DNA from: Hydrolagus colliei
Lineage: Eukaryota
NCBI GenBank assembly: GCA_035084275.1
Contig: CM068752.1
Span: forward strand, 14,012,001 to 14,076,000
Direction: 5' to 3'
DNA length: 64,000 bases
Numbering within the stretch: position 1 is the first letter of the stretch; every line of letters starts with the position of its first letter. A program made the translations under genes and the position numbers. The notes beneath the pieces were generated by a model that had not been told where the DNA came from, did no database searches, and saw only the letters and a program-made list of their open reading frames with translations. Positions 1 to 11,920 of the stretch are shown piece after piece.

Positions 1-393
1 TGAACACCCAAGTCTATAAATTATTTTCTCTCACTCATTTTCCCTCCACCAAGTTGAACGCTGAGCAAAGCAGCCTTGAACCCGAAGAGAAACACTAGTT
101 CATTAGAACTGTATGCATTTAAAGGTCTGCATATCACTTGCAAATAGAACGGAGTTTATTAAGGGCTAAAATGATTGCACACAGCACTCTAATGGGTTAT
201 TTGAAAGAGACATGCAGGTTAGTCTAAAGCCACAGAATGCGTCTGAACACCAAAATAGATTCACATCCATCTCTGCTTATTTTACTTTGAGTCACCATTA
301 CCCTTTAAACATACAAATTAAGGTGCTTGTGATTTGGAGCCTTTCTGTGAAGCTATGGCTGATAGGAGTTGTGGAGGTGGGGGAAGGCTGCAA

Positions 394-433
394 GACTTGC
401 ATCCTACATACTGCAGTATGTAGGATGCAGGTC
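394..433. repeat. Palindrome with a 32-bp perfect core (398-429)
   Basis: TGCATCCTACATACTG|CAGTATGTAGGATGCA, extending to 40 bp with one mismatch. Confidence 0.95.
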
Positions 434-1454
434 AGACTCTCAATATCGGGGGTTTGAAGAACAGTCATTTTAGTTTTATAATGAGCTCTCAGGTAAGATT
501 TTCTTTGCACACACAGTGTGAAAATCTCACGTTTCAAACTTGTGCAAAGAGCAGCAAGAACCTGAAGCTTATGTAATGCAGAGATAGCTATTCCAAAACA
601 ATTGATGGATTAAGGATTAAAAAGATTAACATATATGAACACCTTGGAGTTCTTCACCACTGACTCTCCCACTAGATTAAGTATAATAATTATATTCAAA
701 TAAAGTGTAGTAAACAACACTGATTGCATTATCACATATAAACTGCAGCAAACTATCCTGGTGCTCCAGTTGAAGATTTAATTAAATTGTTAAATTAAAG
801 GATGAGAAAGAAAGTCTTGCGAAAACCTGAAACTTAACACGTGCGATTTGATATCAAATTGCGCCAAATGGCTTCAGGACCTAAAAATAAGGCAAGAAAA
901 TCAATTAGTTGAGTATCCATTATTAACAGCTACTAAAAGCTTACACCTCCAACATCTCTAGCAGTATCTTGTGCCATACTCTGAAACATGACAGATGTTT
1001 GGAAATGTATTCTGATCCCAGGTCTACGTGTTTCTGTGTGATCACTTTGACCATGATCTGCACTGACTCAGAAAAAAACGTTATCCAAGAGCTCCATGAA
1101 ACAACCCTTTGCAAAAAGAAAAGAACATTCACAACAATAAGGCCAGTCAGATTCCAACATTTGTTGGCTTGTGATAATATTTTTGTAAAATATCTATATT
1201 TTAAAGTCTATGAATTTGGGTTTTTAAAGCTGTTGTTTTTTAAATTCACAAAATAAAAAAAGGTCCCCATTTACGAACTATTTCCACATTTTGCAAATCA
1301 CAACTTAATTTTCTGAGTGATAAGCCTGAATTCTGCCCAAACGAATGAAACAGTTCAACTATGGTCTTGGATTTCATTCATAACAATTCTAGTAATGCTC
1401 AACCATGTGTCTGTGGGATGAAATTGACGTTGTATAAAGGGGGCAAGAATATAC

Positions 1455-1529
1455 CTTGGCTTCCAGGATAACTGCTCGATGCTACTGAACTAAAGTCTGC
1501 AAATCCTCCAATCTGATCAGCGGTTCCAC
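1455..1529 (-). CDS. CLINT1: CLINT1 coding exon 9 (GTADQIGGFADFSSVASSSYPGSQ)
   Basis: ttttcaag| acceptor, |gtatat donor; 75 nt, phase 1 at both ends; GGFADF adaptor-ear-binding motif. Confidence 0.9.
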
Positions 1530-2629
1530 CTTGAAAACAGACAAAAAAGTCACATTTTACCTTTTATTTATAATGAGATTTAATTTTCTCCTCATTAATA
1601 GAACAAAATGAATCTCAACTGCTTGAGTTAAAACAAACAAGTTACTAGAAAAGCAACTTGCATTGATGTGGCAGTTCTCTCACAGTGTAGTAACCCACAA
1701 CGCTTGGCAGCAGTTGGGGAACGACACCAAATTGGGGAAGGGAGGGTGACCGTAAGCATAGTTGAAGAGGAGGCACCGGAAGATATGGAAGGAGGGGAAA
1801 GGAGGAGGGATTAATGCAGTGTTTCAGAGTGTCGGGGCCAATACTATTCATAATTTAGTACATTTGATCATTTAAAAAAAATGGTGGATTGATAATATGG
1901 TGCATTAGATTTAACAAAGGCCCACATTGGTTAGTGAGGAATATCATGGCTTTGGGACACTTGGTTTAAGAATTGTATTTCAAGTGAAGCTGGAAGGAAC
2001 ATTCCATCAAGACCAAGTCACTGGTCAATAATTCTCACATGTATCTAAAAATATCTACCAGCGTTAATGCTCAAGCATTAGGAAATGTACAATACTCGGC
2101 TTCACTAATGAAACATGCTCTTCCCTAGAGAGGTCTCATAAAACTCCATTTAAAAGCTACATACAGCAAATTATCATTTCCTTTGCAGGTACCTGACAGG
2201 TCATGTTAATGTGGAAAGTTGGAAGTATTAAGTTGGATTTTGATTTAGCTTGAACTATAATGCACAATTTACATGGATTGCAGCAGATCATCTTAGCCTG
2301 CAGTGCTTATGAACCACTCAGGTGGGAAAGAAACATCTGTGCCGGGATTGAGCACACAGAGGGACAATGCTCAACATCTGGCCCTCTCTCTAAAAAAAAC
2401 ATCAGATAGCTGCAAGACATTCTGCCCCATCTGCTGCTCTGAGACGCCAATGATTATTCAACTGCAGTAGAACTCCTTTGTATAAATGGCTCCAGAGCAA
2501 TGATATGCAAAATTTAAATGTCTTTTTAAAGTGCTTATACAATATAAGAGCATTCATTTTTAAATACCTTGTAAGCTTCCTTAATACTGAATATACTGAG
2601 TCAATATATTCATTCACAAAATACCGTCA

Positions 2630-2721
2630 AAACCACTTTACAGTGTGTGCTTTGAGGCACTTTGAGGCGTCTCGACCACATGAAAGCAGTTATATCGAAT
2701 GCAAGGATTATTATTATTATA
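2630..2721 (+). mobile_element. 3' fragment of the (ATT)n-tailed Deu-type SINE
   Basis: CACTTTACAG...GCACTTTGAGGCGTCTC...AATGCAAGGATTATTATTA. Confidence 0.7.
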
Positions 2722-3632
2722 TACACAATATAGGTACAGTATCAAGACATTGATAAAATGCTATTAATTAAAAAAGTAACATTGAACTCTGTAAAATTCC
2801 ATTAGGGGAGCTATACAGCACAGCTGTTTGGATTTAAATAATAACTTGCTTACTGCAAAATGTTTTACAGAACAAATTATTCCATAGCCCCTTTTCTGCC
2901 AAATTACTTTTTTTTATTAGTAAAACAACGTTGCTACAATTTGAGAAACTGCAAAGGAAGTAAATTCTAGAAGCGTACGGAAACTCTAATCAAGCAGTGA
3001 AGAAATCTGCACAAAGGCCTCAGAGTTAAACATATGAAGTTGAAAATTCAATCTGCCAATATAAATAATAGATGACTCGTTTTAAATATTAAACAGCTGT
3101 AAATATTTAAATAAACATAATCAGGATGAAAACTGGTTACAGTTGGGGTCAGTAAAGATCTGCAAAAACTCTTGCATAATCTTAGGGGAATTTTAAATGA
3201 AATGTACAGAAAAAGCAGAGGGAATCCTTTATCAAACTTAATTTCAGGTTTTGAAAGCACAGAGAACCAATACAGCACACATCCTGGACACGTGCTCATG
3301 TCAATAGTCACTGTTCACCCCACTACAAGAGGATTCCTGTTTTTATTGCTGAATACCATTAACAGTTGGGGGTCAGAATATTAGGCCAAAGTTCTGTTGG
3401 GCAGAAGTGTCAAATTTAAGTTTCACTGCAGCTTTGCACGGATAGACTGTACTGCCCCACTAGAGTGATACAACAGTCAATTTAGTGAGTTAATTATTGC
3501 TGGCAAGGTCCTTGGAATTTCCAGCTATTTCAGCTATTTAACAAACAAGTTATATACTGATCAACACTTAAAATGAAAACCAACCAATTGTTTTGGTTTT
3601 ACTTCCTCCACCTAGTAATTCTCCTCTCGTAC

Positions 3633-3730
3633 AATAATGATAATCCTTGCATTTATAGCGCCTTACGTCTTCGAGACATCTCAAAGCTCTTTACAGAATA
3701 TACAGCAAAGTATGTTCTGTGGGCAAAATG
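3633..3730 (-). mobile_element. 3' fragment of the (ATT)n-tailed SINE
   Basis: TAATCCTTGCATTTATAGCGCCTTACGTCTTCGAGACATCTCAAAGC is the reverse complement of the SINE tail. Confidence 0.7.
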
Positions 3731-4674
3731 TCATGTTTGACTGTTCTTTCTCCCAGGAATCCCACAAGTTTCTTTCGTACCATTCTCAGGTCGACACGTA
3801 TGACTGTTGACAAGATCTTCAACCATGAGGAAATCACAGCTGAGATTGAGTTTATCTTCACCCAATGTCCACACAAATGCACCTCCAGCAGCAGTGATCT
3901 GGATAGCAATCAGGAGCCGGAACTCTGGTTTATTTTTCCTTAACTCGTCCTGAATCACTGAGGTTAATAACTGCACCGGCTAATATTAAATAATGCCAAC
4001 AAGCCATTAACTCTCTGTATGATGCAGCGCTGCTCCTGGCAAAGGATCTCATTTGAATTGATTTGAATCTGATTGCAAAGCAGCTAAAAAGCTTTATACT
4101 TGTCATTGCTGAGTAAATGGCGGAATGTTTCCGGGCTGAAATTCTACTCTGGTAATCGCTCTAGAAGCTAATAATACTCGTCTGACAATTAACAATTGAG
4201 CTCAAACAGCAGACATCAGGGAGCAGGTCATACGCTCACACTGTTGGCTGGGGAATGGTAGCATTTGGGAATATGCAAGACAATCCTTCTTTAAAAAATA
4301 TATACTCATGCTGACTGTTTACATATCTCTGCATTATAGGCAACTGCTGATTCTGCGAGAAATGTTCTGCATCTTCAAAAGTAAGGAAAGCAATCACAGT
4401 GCAGAAATTAGAAGTGTGTGTGAGGAGGAGGGGGGTGGGGGGAAGGGAAGTGTGCATCTATTTTTTTCTGGCTTGATAAAAAAAATTCAGGTGGCAAAGC
4501 TATTCCTGAGGTACTAACTTTAATTAGAAGCATTAGTGGATTGCTGGGAACTGCATAGCAGATGCATTGCCCCAAATCCCACAACAATTGGCATCAACTC
4601 CAATTGCTTTCGATAAGGAATAAGACTCAGCTGTCTTATGAAGACAGCGCCAGTATCCTAACCGATCAGCTTAC

Positions 4675-4771
4675 CTGAGGAAGCAGTTTGAGTGGGTCCA
4701 ACTCCTCCGTCAAATAATAGATCTACCAGGTCATTCTGTGACTTACTGTTAACTATGTTTGCTTCTGATGC
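4675..4771 (-). CDS. CLINT1: CLINT1 coding exon 8 (ASEANIVNSKSQNDLVDLLFDGGVGPTQTASS)
   Basis: Long polypyrimidine tract and tag| acceptor, CAG|gtaagc donor; 97 nt; DLVDLLFD resembles human DLVDLFD. Confidence 0.9.
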
Positions 4772-5684
4772 CTAGAAAGAGAGAGAGGGGGAGGGGGAGA
4801 AGAGGAAGACAGGTAAGTAAGTATCCAAACCATTATGAAACAGGACAGCTATTAATAGTGTTGACTTCACACTGCACTTTCAATCAATATAAAAGGGGAA
4901 CCAAGTCCATACCATTATCTTACGCAATGAGAACTCCAGCATGTTCAATTTCCAATTACCTATCGTCACACTTCATTATAACAAACCTAGCCGATTACAA
5001 AAAATGCCCCTTCAAGCTTTGATCGAGGAGATTAAACAACAACTTGCACTTATATAGTTTCCTTCACGTAGAGTAGTGACTCAAGAGCGTTTAAACGTTT
5101 GCAAAACAAACTCGAGCAAAACTGCTTCACCAAGTACAAGCAGAAAGCAATTTTGACTGTGCAGCATACATTTTGATATGTCTTGTCTTCACTAGTTTTC
5201 TTCAGGAAATGATAACATTTGTGGTAAGGTACAATAAATTTAATCGAGAGAATAACTCAATATAAGTGCCTTTATCTTTGATCTAGTGGAAAATGCCATC
5301 ACAATATTTATCCTTATGTAATTTCGTTAAAAAAATCTACTCACTGATAATTTATCGAAATCTACAAATTCCAAAAATGTAAACTGGAGTATATATAGGA
5401 ACTAGTTAACATGCTCCTAAATTATTGGTCCTTATACTTTATAAAATACACAGAAAATTTACAGAAAATACAAATCCTGCAGTCTTTTGAATGAAGTGTT
5501 AAGTTTTTAACATGCTCCAACATTTGCAGTGATGCTGCCAGGTATATATATTGACCATGTTTATTTGCATTTTGACCACAAAATACACAGTCAATCCACT
5601 TTACAATATATTCTGGGGGCGCTCAAAGAAGTAATAAGATGCTATAGCAAATGCAAGGATTATTATTAACAACTTTAGAAAATA

Positions 5685-5950
5685 TATTCCTGCCTTTTAG
5701 AGATGTTAAGTCAAGATCCTTATTGTCTGTTTGGGTAGAAGTTAAAATTTCCTACAAAAGAGAGGATTCTCCTTGTGTCTTGGCCATCAATCCTCCAGAT
5801 TAATTGGTCACTCACCGCATAGCAATTTATGGAACCTGGCTGGATCAAATATGTTTGTCTACAAAAATACCACACTTTATGGAAATTACTGTTAAGCTTT
5901 TGAGACGTTTTGGCATAAGGCACAATAAAAATAGTGGCAAAGATTATTAG
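5685..5950 (+). mobile_element. Old Deu-domain SINE fragment, next to a SINE 3' fragment at about 5560-5668
   Basis: Degenerate GAGATGTTAA...GTCTG...GGATTCTCCTTGTGTCTTGGCCA motif. Confidence 0.5.
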
Positions 5951-6319
5951 ATTGTGCTGAAGTTCTCTAAATGCCCAGCAGATGGCTGTAAAGACCACGG
6001 ATTGATTGAATTCAGATAGGGATTTCAAACCTGCAAATCAATGTACCGCACTTAACAACTGAACTCCATTAAAGTACACTGAAATCCACCAACTATGCTC
6101 GTGATTAGTATACGACTTCTCTCATTATTGCCCTCTTGTAGTCCATGACCTCTAAGGCATATTTCACAAAACAAACACCACGTGGAAAACTGTTGCTTAT
6201 CTCAATATTGCTGAACTTTGATGCATAAATTGGCAGCTAAAGGAATATTTGACCTCAGATTATTAGATTGTTCTATATTTCAGTTTTTATTTCTAACCAG
6301 GTTCAATTCACATTTCAAG

Positions 6320-6505
6320 AGCAATCAGGACTGATAATCAGCATTCAGTCTCTAACCTCTGGAACTCTCTTCCCCAAAAATCACTCCTCTCTATCCTTCT
6401 AAAAATCCCATTTTAAAACCTACCTCTTCAACCAAACCAGTCATTAAATGCTCTACCATGGTATCTTACATGAAGAGCACTACATAAAAGCAGGTAGTTG
6501 TTGCT
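6320..6505 (+). mobile_element. L2 LINE 3' fragment
   Basis: CTCTGGAACTCTCTTCCC...AAAACCTACCTCTTCAACCAA...GTTGTTG tail. Confidence 0.6.
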
Positions 6506-6537
6506 GTGTTAAACCTCTGTTGGTGTGTGCAGTATTT

Positions 6538-7157
6538 AACATAAGAACATAAGAATTAGGAGCAGGAGTAGGCCATTCAGCCCTTCGAGCCTGCTCCACC
6601 ATTCAACAAGATCATGGCTGATCTTCTCACCTAACTTTGATTACCTGCCCTATCCCCATATCCCCTAATCCCTCTATTTTTCAAAAATCTATCAGTCTCA
6701 GCCTTGAAAATGTTCAAGGACTGAGCATCTACAGCCTTCTGGGGTAGTGAATTCCATAAATTCACTACGCTCTGAGTGAAGAAATGTTTCCTCAACTCTG
6801 TTCTAAAAGGCTGACCCTTAATTTTAAGTTTATAACCCCTGGTTATAGATTCTCCTACCAGGGGAAACAGTCCCTCAGTGCCTACTTTATCCAGCCCTTT
6901 AAGAATCTTATATGTTTCAATAAGATACCCCCTAATTCTTCTGTACTCTAGAGAATACAGCCCTAGTTTATTCAACCTATCCTTATAGGTCAGTCCTCTC
7001 ATCCCAAGAACTAACCTAGTGAATCTACGCTGCACCCCCTCTAAGGCAAGTATGTCATTTTTTAAATAAGGAGACCAAAACTGCACACAATACTCGAGGT
7101 GCGGTCTCACCAGAGCCCTAGACAGTTGCAGCAAGACTTCCATACTCTTATACTCTA
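6538..7157 (-). mobile_element. CR1 LINE, 5'-truncated (RT C-terminus plus 3'UTR)
   Basis: ORF 6631..7143 with LVRPHLEYCVQFWSPYL...VVNLWNSLP; (TTCTTATG)n tail at 6538-6555. Confidence 0.95.
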
Positions 7158-7489
7158 AAACTTTAGTTTAGTGATGCGATACTCAATAAAGTTAGTAATC
7201 TTCCAGCTTGATGTAAATAAACGATTAGTTATACAGTTGAACTAGGCTTTGATTGAATAGTAAGAGATAGACCATAAATTAGTTTTGGCCAAAGGGTAAT
7301 ATCAAGAGTGAAGCAGACTATAGTGAACAGCTGCACTGCTCTCGTAGATAGAGATGTGTATGCCCTAAACTGAAGCTTAAAAAGTCGGCACTGTTATAGA
7401 GAAATAAATCAGTTAAAGCTTTCAAAATTATCAATGCTTTTGATAGGGCAAGCCTGATAATCATCCCACCCCCCAAAATTTTTTATAAT

Positions 7490-7653
7490 TTCAATCCACG
7501 ACTGTTTGTGGGACACTGCTGTGCGCAATTCTCTGCCGCATTTTTCCCACAAATATACACTCAATTCACGATACAGTACAGTATATTCTGTGAAGCGTTT
7601 TGAGACGTCTAGAAGACGTGAAAAGCACTATATCAAATGCAAGGATTATTATT
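7490..7653 (+). mobile_element. 3' half of the Deu-type SINE
   Basis: TTCAATCCACGACTGTTTGTGGGACACTGCTGTGCGCAATT...AAGGATTATTATT. Confidence 0.85.
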
Positions 7654-7762
7654 AAAACAAAAATGAATACACGTTTGATGATAAAAGATATAAGAAAAGG
7701 AGAATAAGATTGAAGAAGATAATGGGGGGGGGGGGGGGGGGGAGGAAGCTAGCACAAATTTA

Positions 7763-8399
7763 CCGTAAATACCCGCGTATAAGGCACACTTTTTTGCACG
7801 TGGGAAGATCTCGAAAGTTGGGGGTGCGCCCTATACGCAGGAACAAGAAATGTTGAGCCTCGGAAATACAGTAAACAGGGGGGGCGGCCGGCGCGCTGTC
7901 AGCCGGGGTTTGGTCAGTGTCCGGCGGGGGTTGGGGGGAGCGGGTGACGGGGCTTCGGCCTCAGCCGCCCGGGCAGCGGCAGCAGCAGCGGACTTCAGTG
8001 CTGTGCCTGCTTTCTGCCTAACCCAGTCTGCCTCCCTCCCTCCCTCTCCTGCCTCCCTGCCTCCCTCCCTCTCCTGCCTCCCTCCCTNNNNNNNNNNNNN
8101 NNNNNNNNNNNNNNNNNNNNNNNNNNNNNNNNNNNNNNNNNNNNNNNNNNNNNNNNNNNNNNNNNNNNNNNNNNNNNNNNNNNNNNNNNNNNNNNNNNNN
8201 NNNNNNNNNNNNNNNNNNNNNNNNNNNNNNNNNNNNNNNNNNNNNNNNNNNNNNNNNNNNNNNNNNNNCTGTCTCTCCTGCCTCTCTCTCTACTGCTGGC
8301 AATATCATCTGAAATGCTTCCTTTTTTTTCACCAATAAAAGGTCAAAAGTGGGGGGTGCGCCTTATACGCGAGTGCGCCTTATATGCGGGTGTTTACGG
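7763..8399. mobile_element. Non-autonomous Tc1/mariner-superfamily (Tc2-like) element; GC-rich interior spans the assembly gap
   Basis: TA TSDs at 7761-62 and 8400-01; TIR CCGTAAATACCCGCGTATAAGGC / GCCTTATATGCGGGTGTTTACGG. Confidence 0.85.
8088..8268. other. Assembly gap (181 N) within a CT-rich low-complexity tract
   Basis: Run of N flanked by (CCTCCCT/CTCCTG)n. Confidence 0.99.
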
Positions 8400-9721
8400 T
8401 AGGTATAATATGGGCTGAATATTTTCCTGCTTTAACATTTCTATCCTACAATTCCACAAAGATTATTTTACAGAGCTCGTAAATTCAAAATAAAATATTA
8501 GGTAATGCATAGAGGGTGAATGAACCATAGAGAGTAGCTCAGCACTGAGTGTGAATTAGCAGCCAAGGTACAGGAGAGGAAAGAAAGCAATTAAATAGAA
8601 GTAAGTAAGGTTACCAAAATAGAGAGGTGGGTAACTGTAACTGGTCATTGCAATGTGCAGTGATGCACATTGCAAAACACTGGACGAAGACAGAACAACA
8701 GAGAATCTACTGATCATTGCAATGTGTGATGAGGAGGTGCTGCACAGAGACAGAAGATCCTGGTGTAACTTGTGTGCAGAAGGTTTGAAGCAGAAACACG
8801 GAAACCCAAGACCAGGATTGCCACTTTCTTGCCCAAGCATAAAGCATGACATGAAACAAAGACGGAAGCGAATAAGGAGCGGAAAATAATGCCTTATTCA
8901 ATAAGTAAAACTTGGCTATGCAGCTTACGTTTCTTCTACTTTATCCTTTAAAACAACACATGTAGCGCAGATATTTAAAAGGCATTTAGAATATTAATAC
9001 GTACGATAAATATAGCATGCCACAGATTCATCAAGTTATCAATATTCTAGGTGCTGTGCAGTAATGTAGTTGTGCACATGTTACAGGGGTTCAGTAGGGA
9101 ATAAATCATTTCACATCTTTTCCACCGCTGTACTGCAAATGCAGACTGATAGAATTAAAAACATTGATCTAATTCTTGAAGTAAATTCAGACCAAGAGAC
9201 CTGTTGATTCAGGCAATGCACTGAGAGAACCAGGTTTAAACAGGTTTTATTGCCACTATAAGTTGACTGATTTGGTGGTTACCAAAAAATAGGATTTGGG
9301 GTTTAATGTGAAGGAGTAAACTGGAAGTCTAGTTTTCTTGGGTTTTTCAAATTGACACAAGAAGGATTACCATTTTATCATTTTATCAAATAACATTCTC
9401 TGAAGGTTACTTTTGCTGTTTAAAAGCATGCGTTTATATGTTTTCAGTTCCTATGAGAAGCAAAACTGTTATCTTATTCATTACATATTTAAAAAAGAGG
9501 TTCAATTGCATTCCTGACCCAATCTTTCTCTTAATAAAACATCTCACACGATTGGAGTAGGCCCTTTTCATCAGTTACATGGAGAGCAGCAGATTTTTTA
9601 GTCAAAATGAGCAATTTTGAAAATCTTCAAATCGAGTGTTGCAAATAAGATTTTTAAATGGTCCGCAAAAGTTTAAATATTCAGGTCTAACTGTCTGTAC
9701 TTGCATTAAATCTCTTCTCAC

Positions 9722-9959
9722 CTTCCCAGCCGCCTTTGCAGTAGAATTTAGGTCTGGGCTGAAATTGTCTCCTGTGTAATGTGCTGCTGCACCCAGATCA
9801 ACGGTTTTAGAGGGAATTCCAGAGCGTTTGTGTCGGGTGGTGGTGGTCTCCGTGGCCTGTGTGATGTGGATTGATTTGGTCGTCACTGTCTCTTCTTCAT
9901 CTTTATACTCAGATTTTCCAGCCTTGCCATTTCTGGGCCTCCTGTCTTCTTCACTATCG
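9722..9959 (-). CDS. CLINT1: CLINT1 coding exon 7 (DSEEDRRPRNGKAGKSEYKDEEETVTTKSIHITQATETTTTRHKRSGIPSKTVDLGAAAHYTGD...AAGK)
   Basis: Within ORF 9602..9970; tttcag| acceptor, |gtgaga donor; 238 nt; diagnostic DLGAAAHYTG motif. Confidence 0.95.
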
Positions 9960-10024
9960 CTGAAATTCAAATAGAATATTTACTGTAAAGAACATTGAAG
10001 GAAGATTGAAAGAAAAAAAAGAAA

Positions 10025-10100
10025 AATAATAATCCTTGCATTTGATGTAGCACTTTTCACGTGTTCTAGAGTCTCAAACCGCTTCACAGAATATACTGTA
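10025..10100 (-). mobile_element. 3' fragment of the Deu-type SINE
   Basis: AATAATAATCCTTGCATTTGATGTAGCACTTTTCACGTG...GCTTCACAGAATATACTGTA. Confidence 0.8.
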
Positions 10101-10504
10101 TGTTTCAGTCAGATGAGAAGGCATCTGCTATATCTGCTATTGAGGGATTCTGATGAGATCATAAGATATAAGTGAAGTAAACCAATATTTGGGATTATGA
10201 CAAATGTTATTTAACAAAGATTAATGCAAAGTGATGTAATGGAGGAAGAACTGTGCAAATATAAATCAACCGTATTGCTTTTCAGCATAAACATTGGGGT
10301 TCCCAGTGCTTACTGGTGGTTTCTAAAATCACAGCCATCTATATATATATCTATCTATATATATATAAAAATATACATCATATAAATATATAAAGCTTAT
10401 GCATAAGAGCATACAAGTTTCAGAATACAGTGTGTATCTAGCAGAACAAAATGACAACTATATTGATGACTATAGGCACCTGAGAAACAAGGGGAGGTAA
10501 TAGA

Positions 10505-10800
10505 AGGTTGGAATATTGAAGTTTAGAGAAGAGAAGCTCAGGGAAAATCGGATTGAAGTATTCAAAATCCTAAAGGGCAAAGATAACCTGAACCCTAACA
10601 TATTTAATTGTCAGAAGCTCTAGAGGAAGGGCACATGGACAGGTAAAGCTGTACAAAGAGGTCCAACTTTAATTACTTTATACAAACAGCAGTGAACGTG
10701 TTGAAAGGAATACCCCTGGAAGCGACGGAGACAAATTCAAAAGAGAAATATGAAAAGCATTCCATCAAGAAATATAAGAGAAAATAGTGGAGGATTACAG
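10505..10800 (+). mobile_element. Degenerate CR1 3' fragment
   Basis: AGAAGAGAAGCTCAGGGAAAATCGGATTGAAGTATTCAAAATCCTAAAGGG resembles RRLRGDLIEVFKIL. Confidence 0.6.
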
Positions 10801-11745
10801 TTTTATTTTATGACCGGATATACAACTTTTTTCTCTGATTCATCTCTATCTTCTGTTTCTGGTGTCAGCTCAATTGATTTTTTATCACTGCTTTCCAATG
10901 AATGATTGCACAGAACTTTGAATAGCAAAATAATAGTTCTATGTTTTACCAGTTTTCCTGTTAAGTATTCTAATATAAAAAAAATTTCATAGACATAGCT
11001 TGAATCCACAGAAATGGAGAAATTGTTCCAGTCATAAGACGCCATATGAAAAGTGCCATTAGATTGAAAGTTAAATCGAGTACATTGAAATCTCATCACA
11101 TTAGGATCCATAAAATCTTAACCCAATCCAGAACAAAGCAGGAGAGCTAGTCTCATAGCACAGCCAGTTTGCTGTTTCCTGCACTAAAAAAAAGCCAACT
11201 TGTGCGTCTCTTCCGACCTCACTTCCTGTGTGTTGCATATGTGCAGTACACAATGTCGGTGACCTAATGACTCAGCAGTCAACTATCTTGGTGCAAATAG
11301 CAACATGCAGTGAATGGCGTCCACACTGCAACTTCATCATAACTGAAGTTCTAGAAATCGACGCATCATAACAGGGGCGCACTGCCCTGGATGTGTTTAA
11401 AGAATTTGATCTTCAAAGATCGATATGAAGTAAAATGGTCTGTGGTAGACAATGTTTTGTAAAATTGCATGCTAAATCACTGAATCTTAGTTAGCATAGT
11501 TAATATATACTAAGCAATGTTTTAAAGTTAATTAGTTGACCTGTTAGAAGGCACTACATAGTGCACTCAATCCCCAGCACTTAAAAAAATCAGAAAGAAC
11601 ACCTGTGAGTACTCACACACACACAACTTTACATCTGCGCAGGAAAAGCTTTATTGAAGCTTTACTTTTCTGTAAATTTCCTAAGAGGGAAGGAAACTGT
11701 ACAAACCAATCACAATTGCCATACAATATTTTAAGGTGCAAGTAC

Positions 11746-11920
11746 CTTTCCGGTGAATCATCTTTGTCTTTCTTCCTGAACTTGTTGATTGTGTCATCGA
11801 TTGTGCTCCCAATCTTGTCACTGATCTCGCCTAACTTTTCACTGAAGGGGAAAGCACCCTTGTTGCTCTTTTCCCAGTCATCATCCCATCTGGACTTGGG
11901 CTCAGGATCATACCGATCAC
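11746..11920 (-). CDS. CLINT1: CLINT1 coding exon 6 (DRYDPEPKSRWDDDWEKSNKGAFPFSEKLGEISDKIGSTIDDTINKFRKKDKDDSPE)
   Basis: Manual translation; tgtag| acceptor, AG|gtact donor; 175 nt, phase 1 in and phase 2 out. Confidence 0.94.

Noticed and set aside
7850-8338. 162-aa GC-rich ORF and apparent CpG island
   Set aside because: It lies inside a TA-flanked TIR element and spans the N gap; low complexity, not a promoter or exon
9960-9990. Upstream alternative acceptor (ctttacag) for exon 7
   Set aside because: It adds 23 nt, shifts the frame and includes a stop codon
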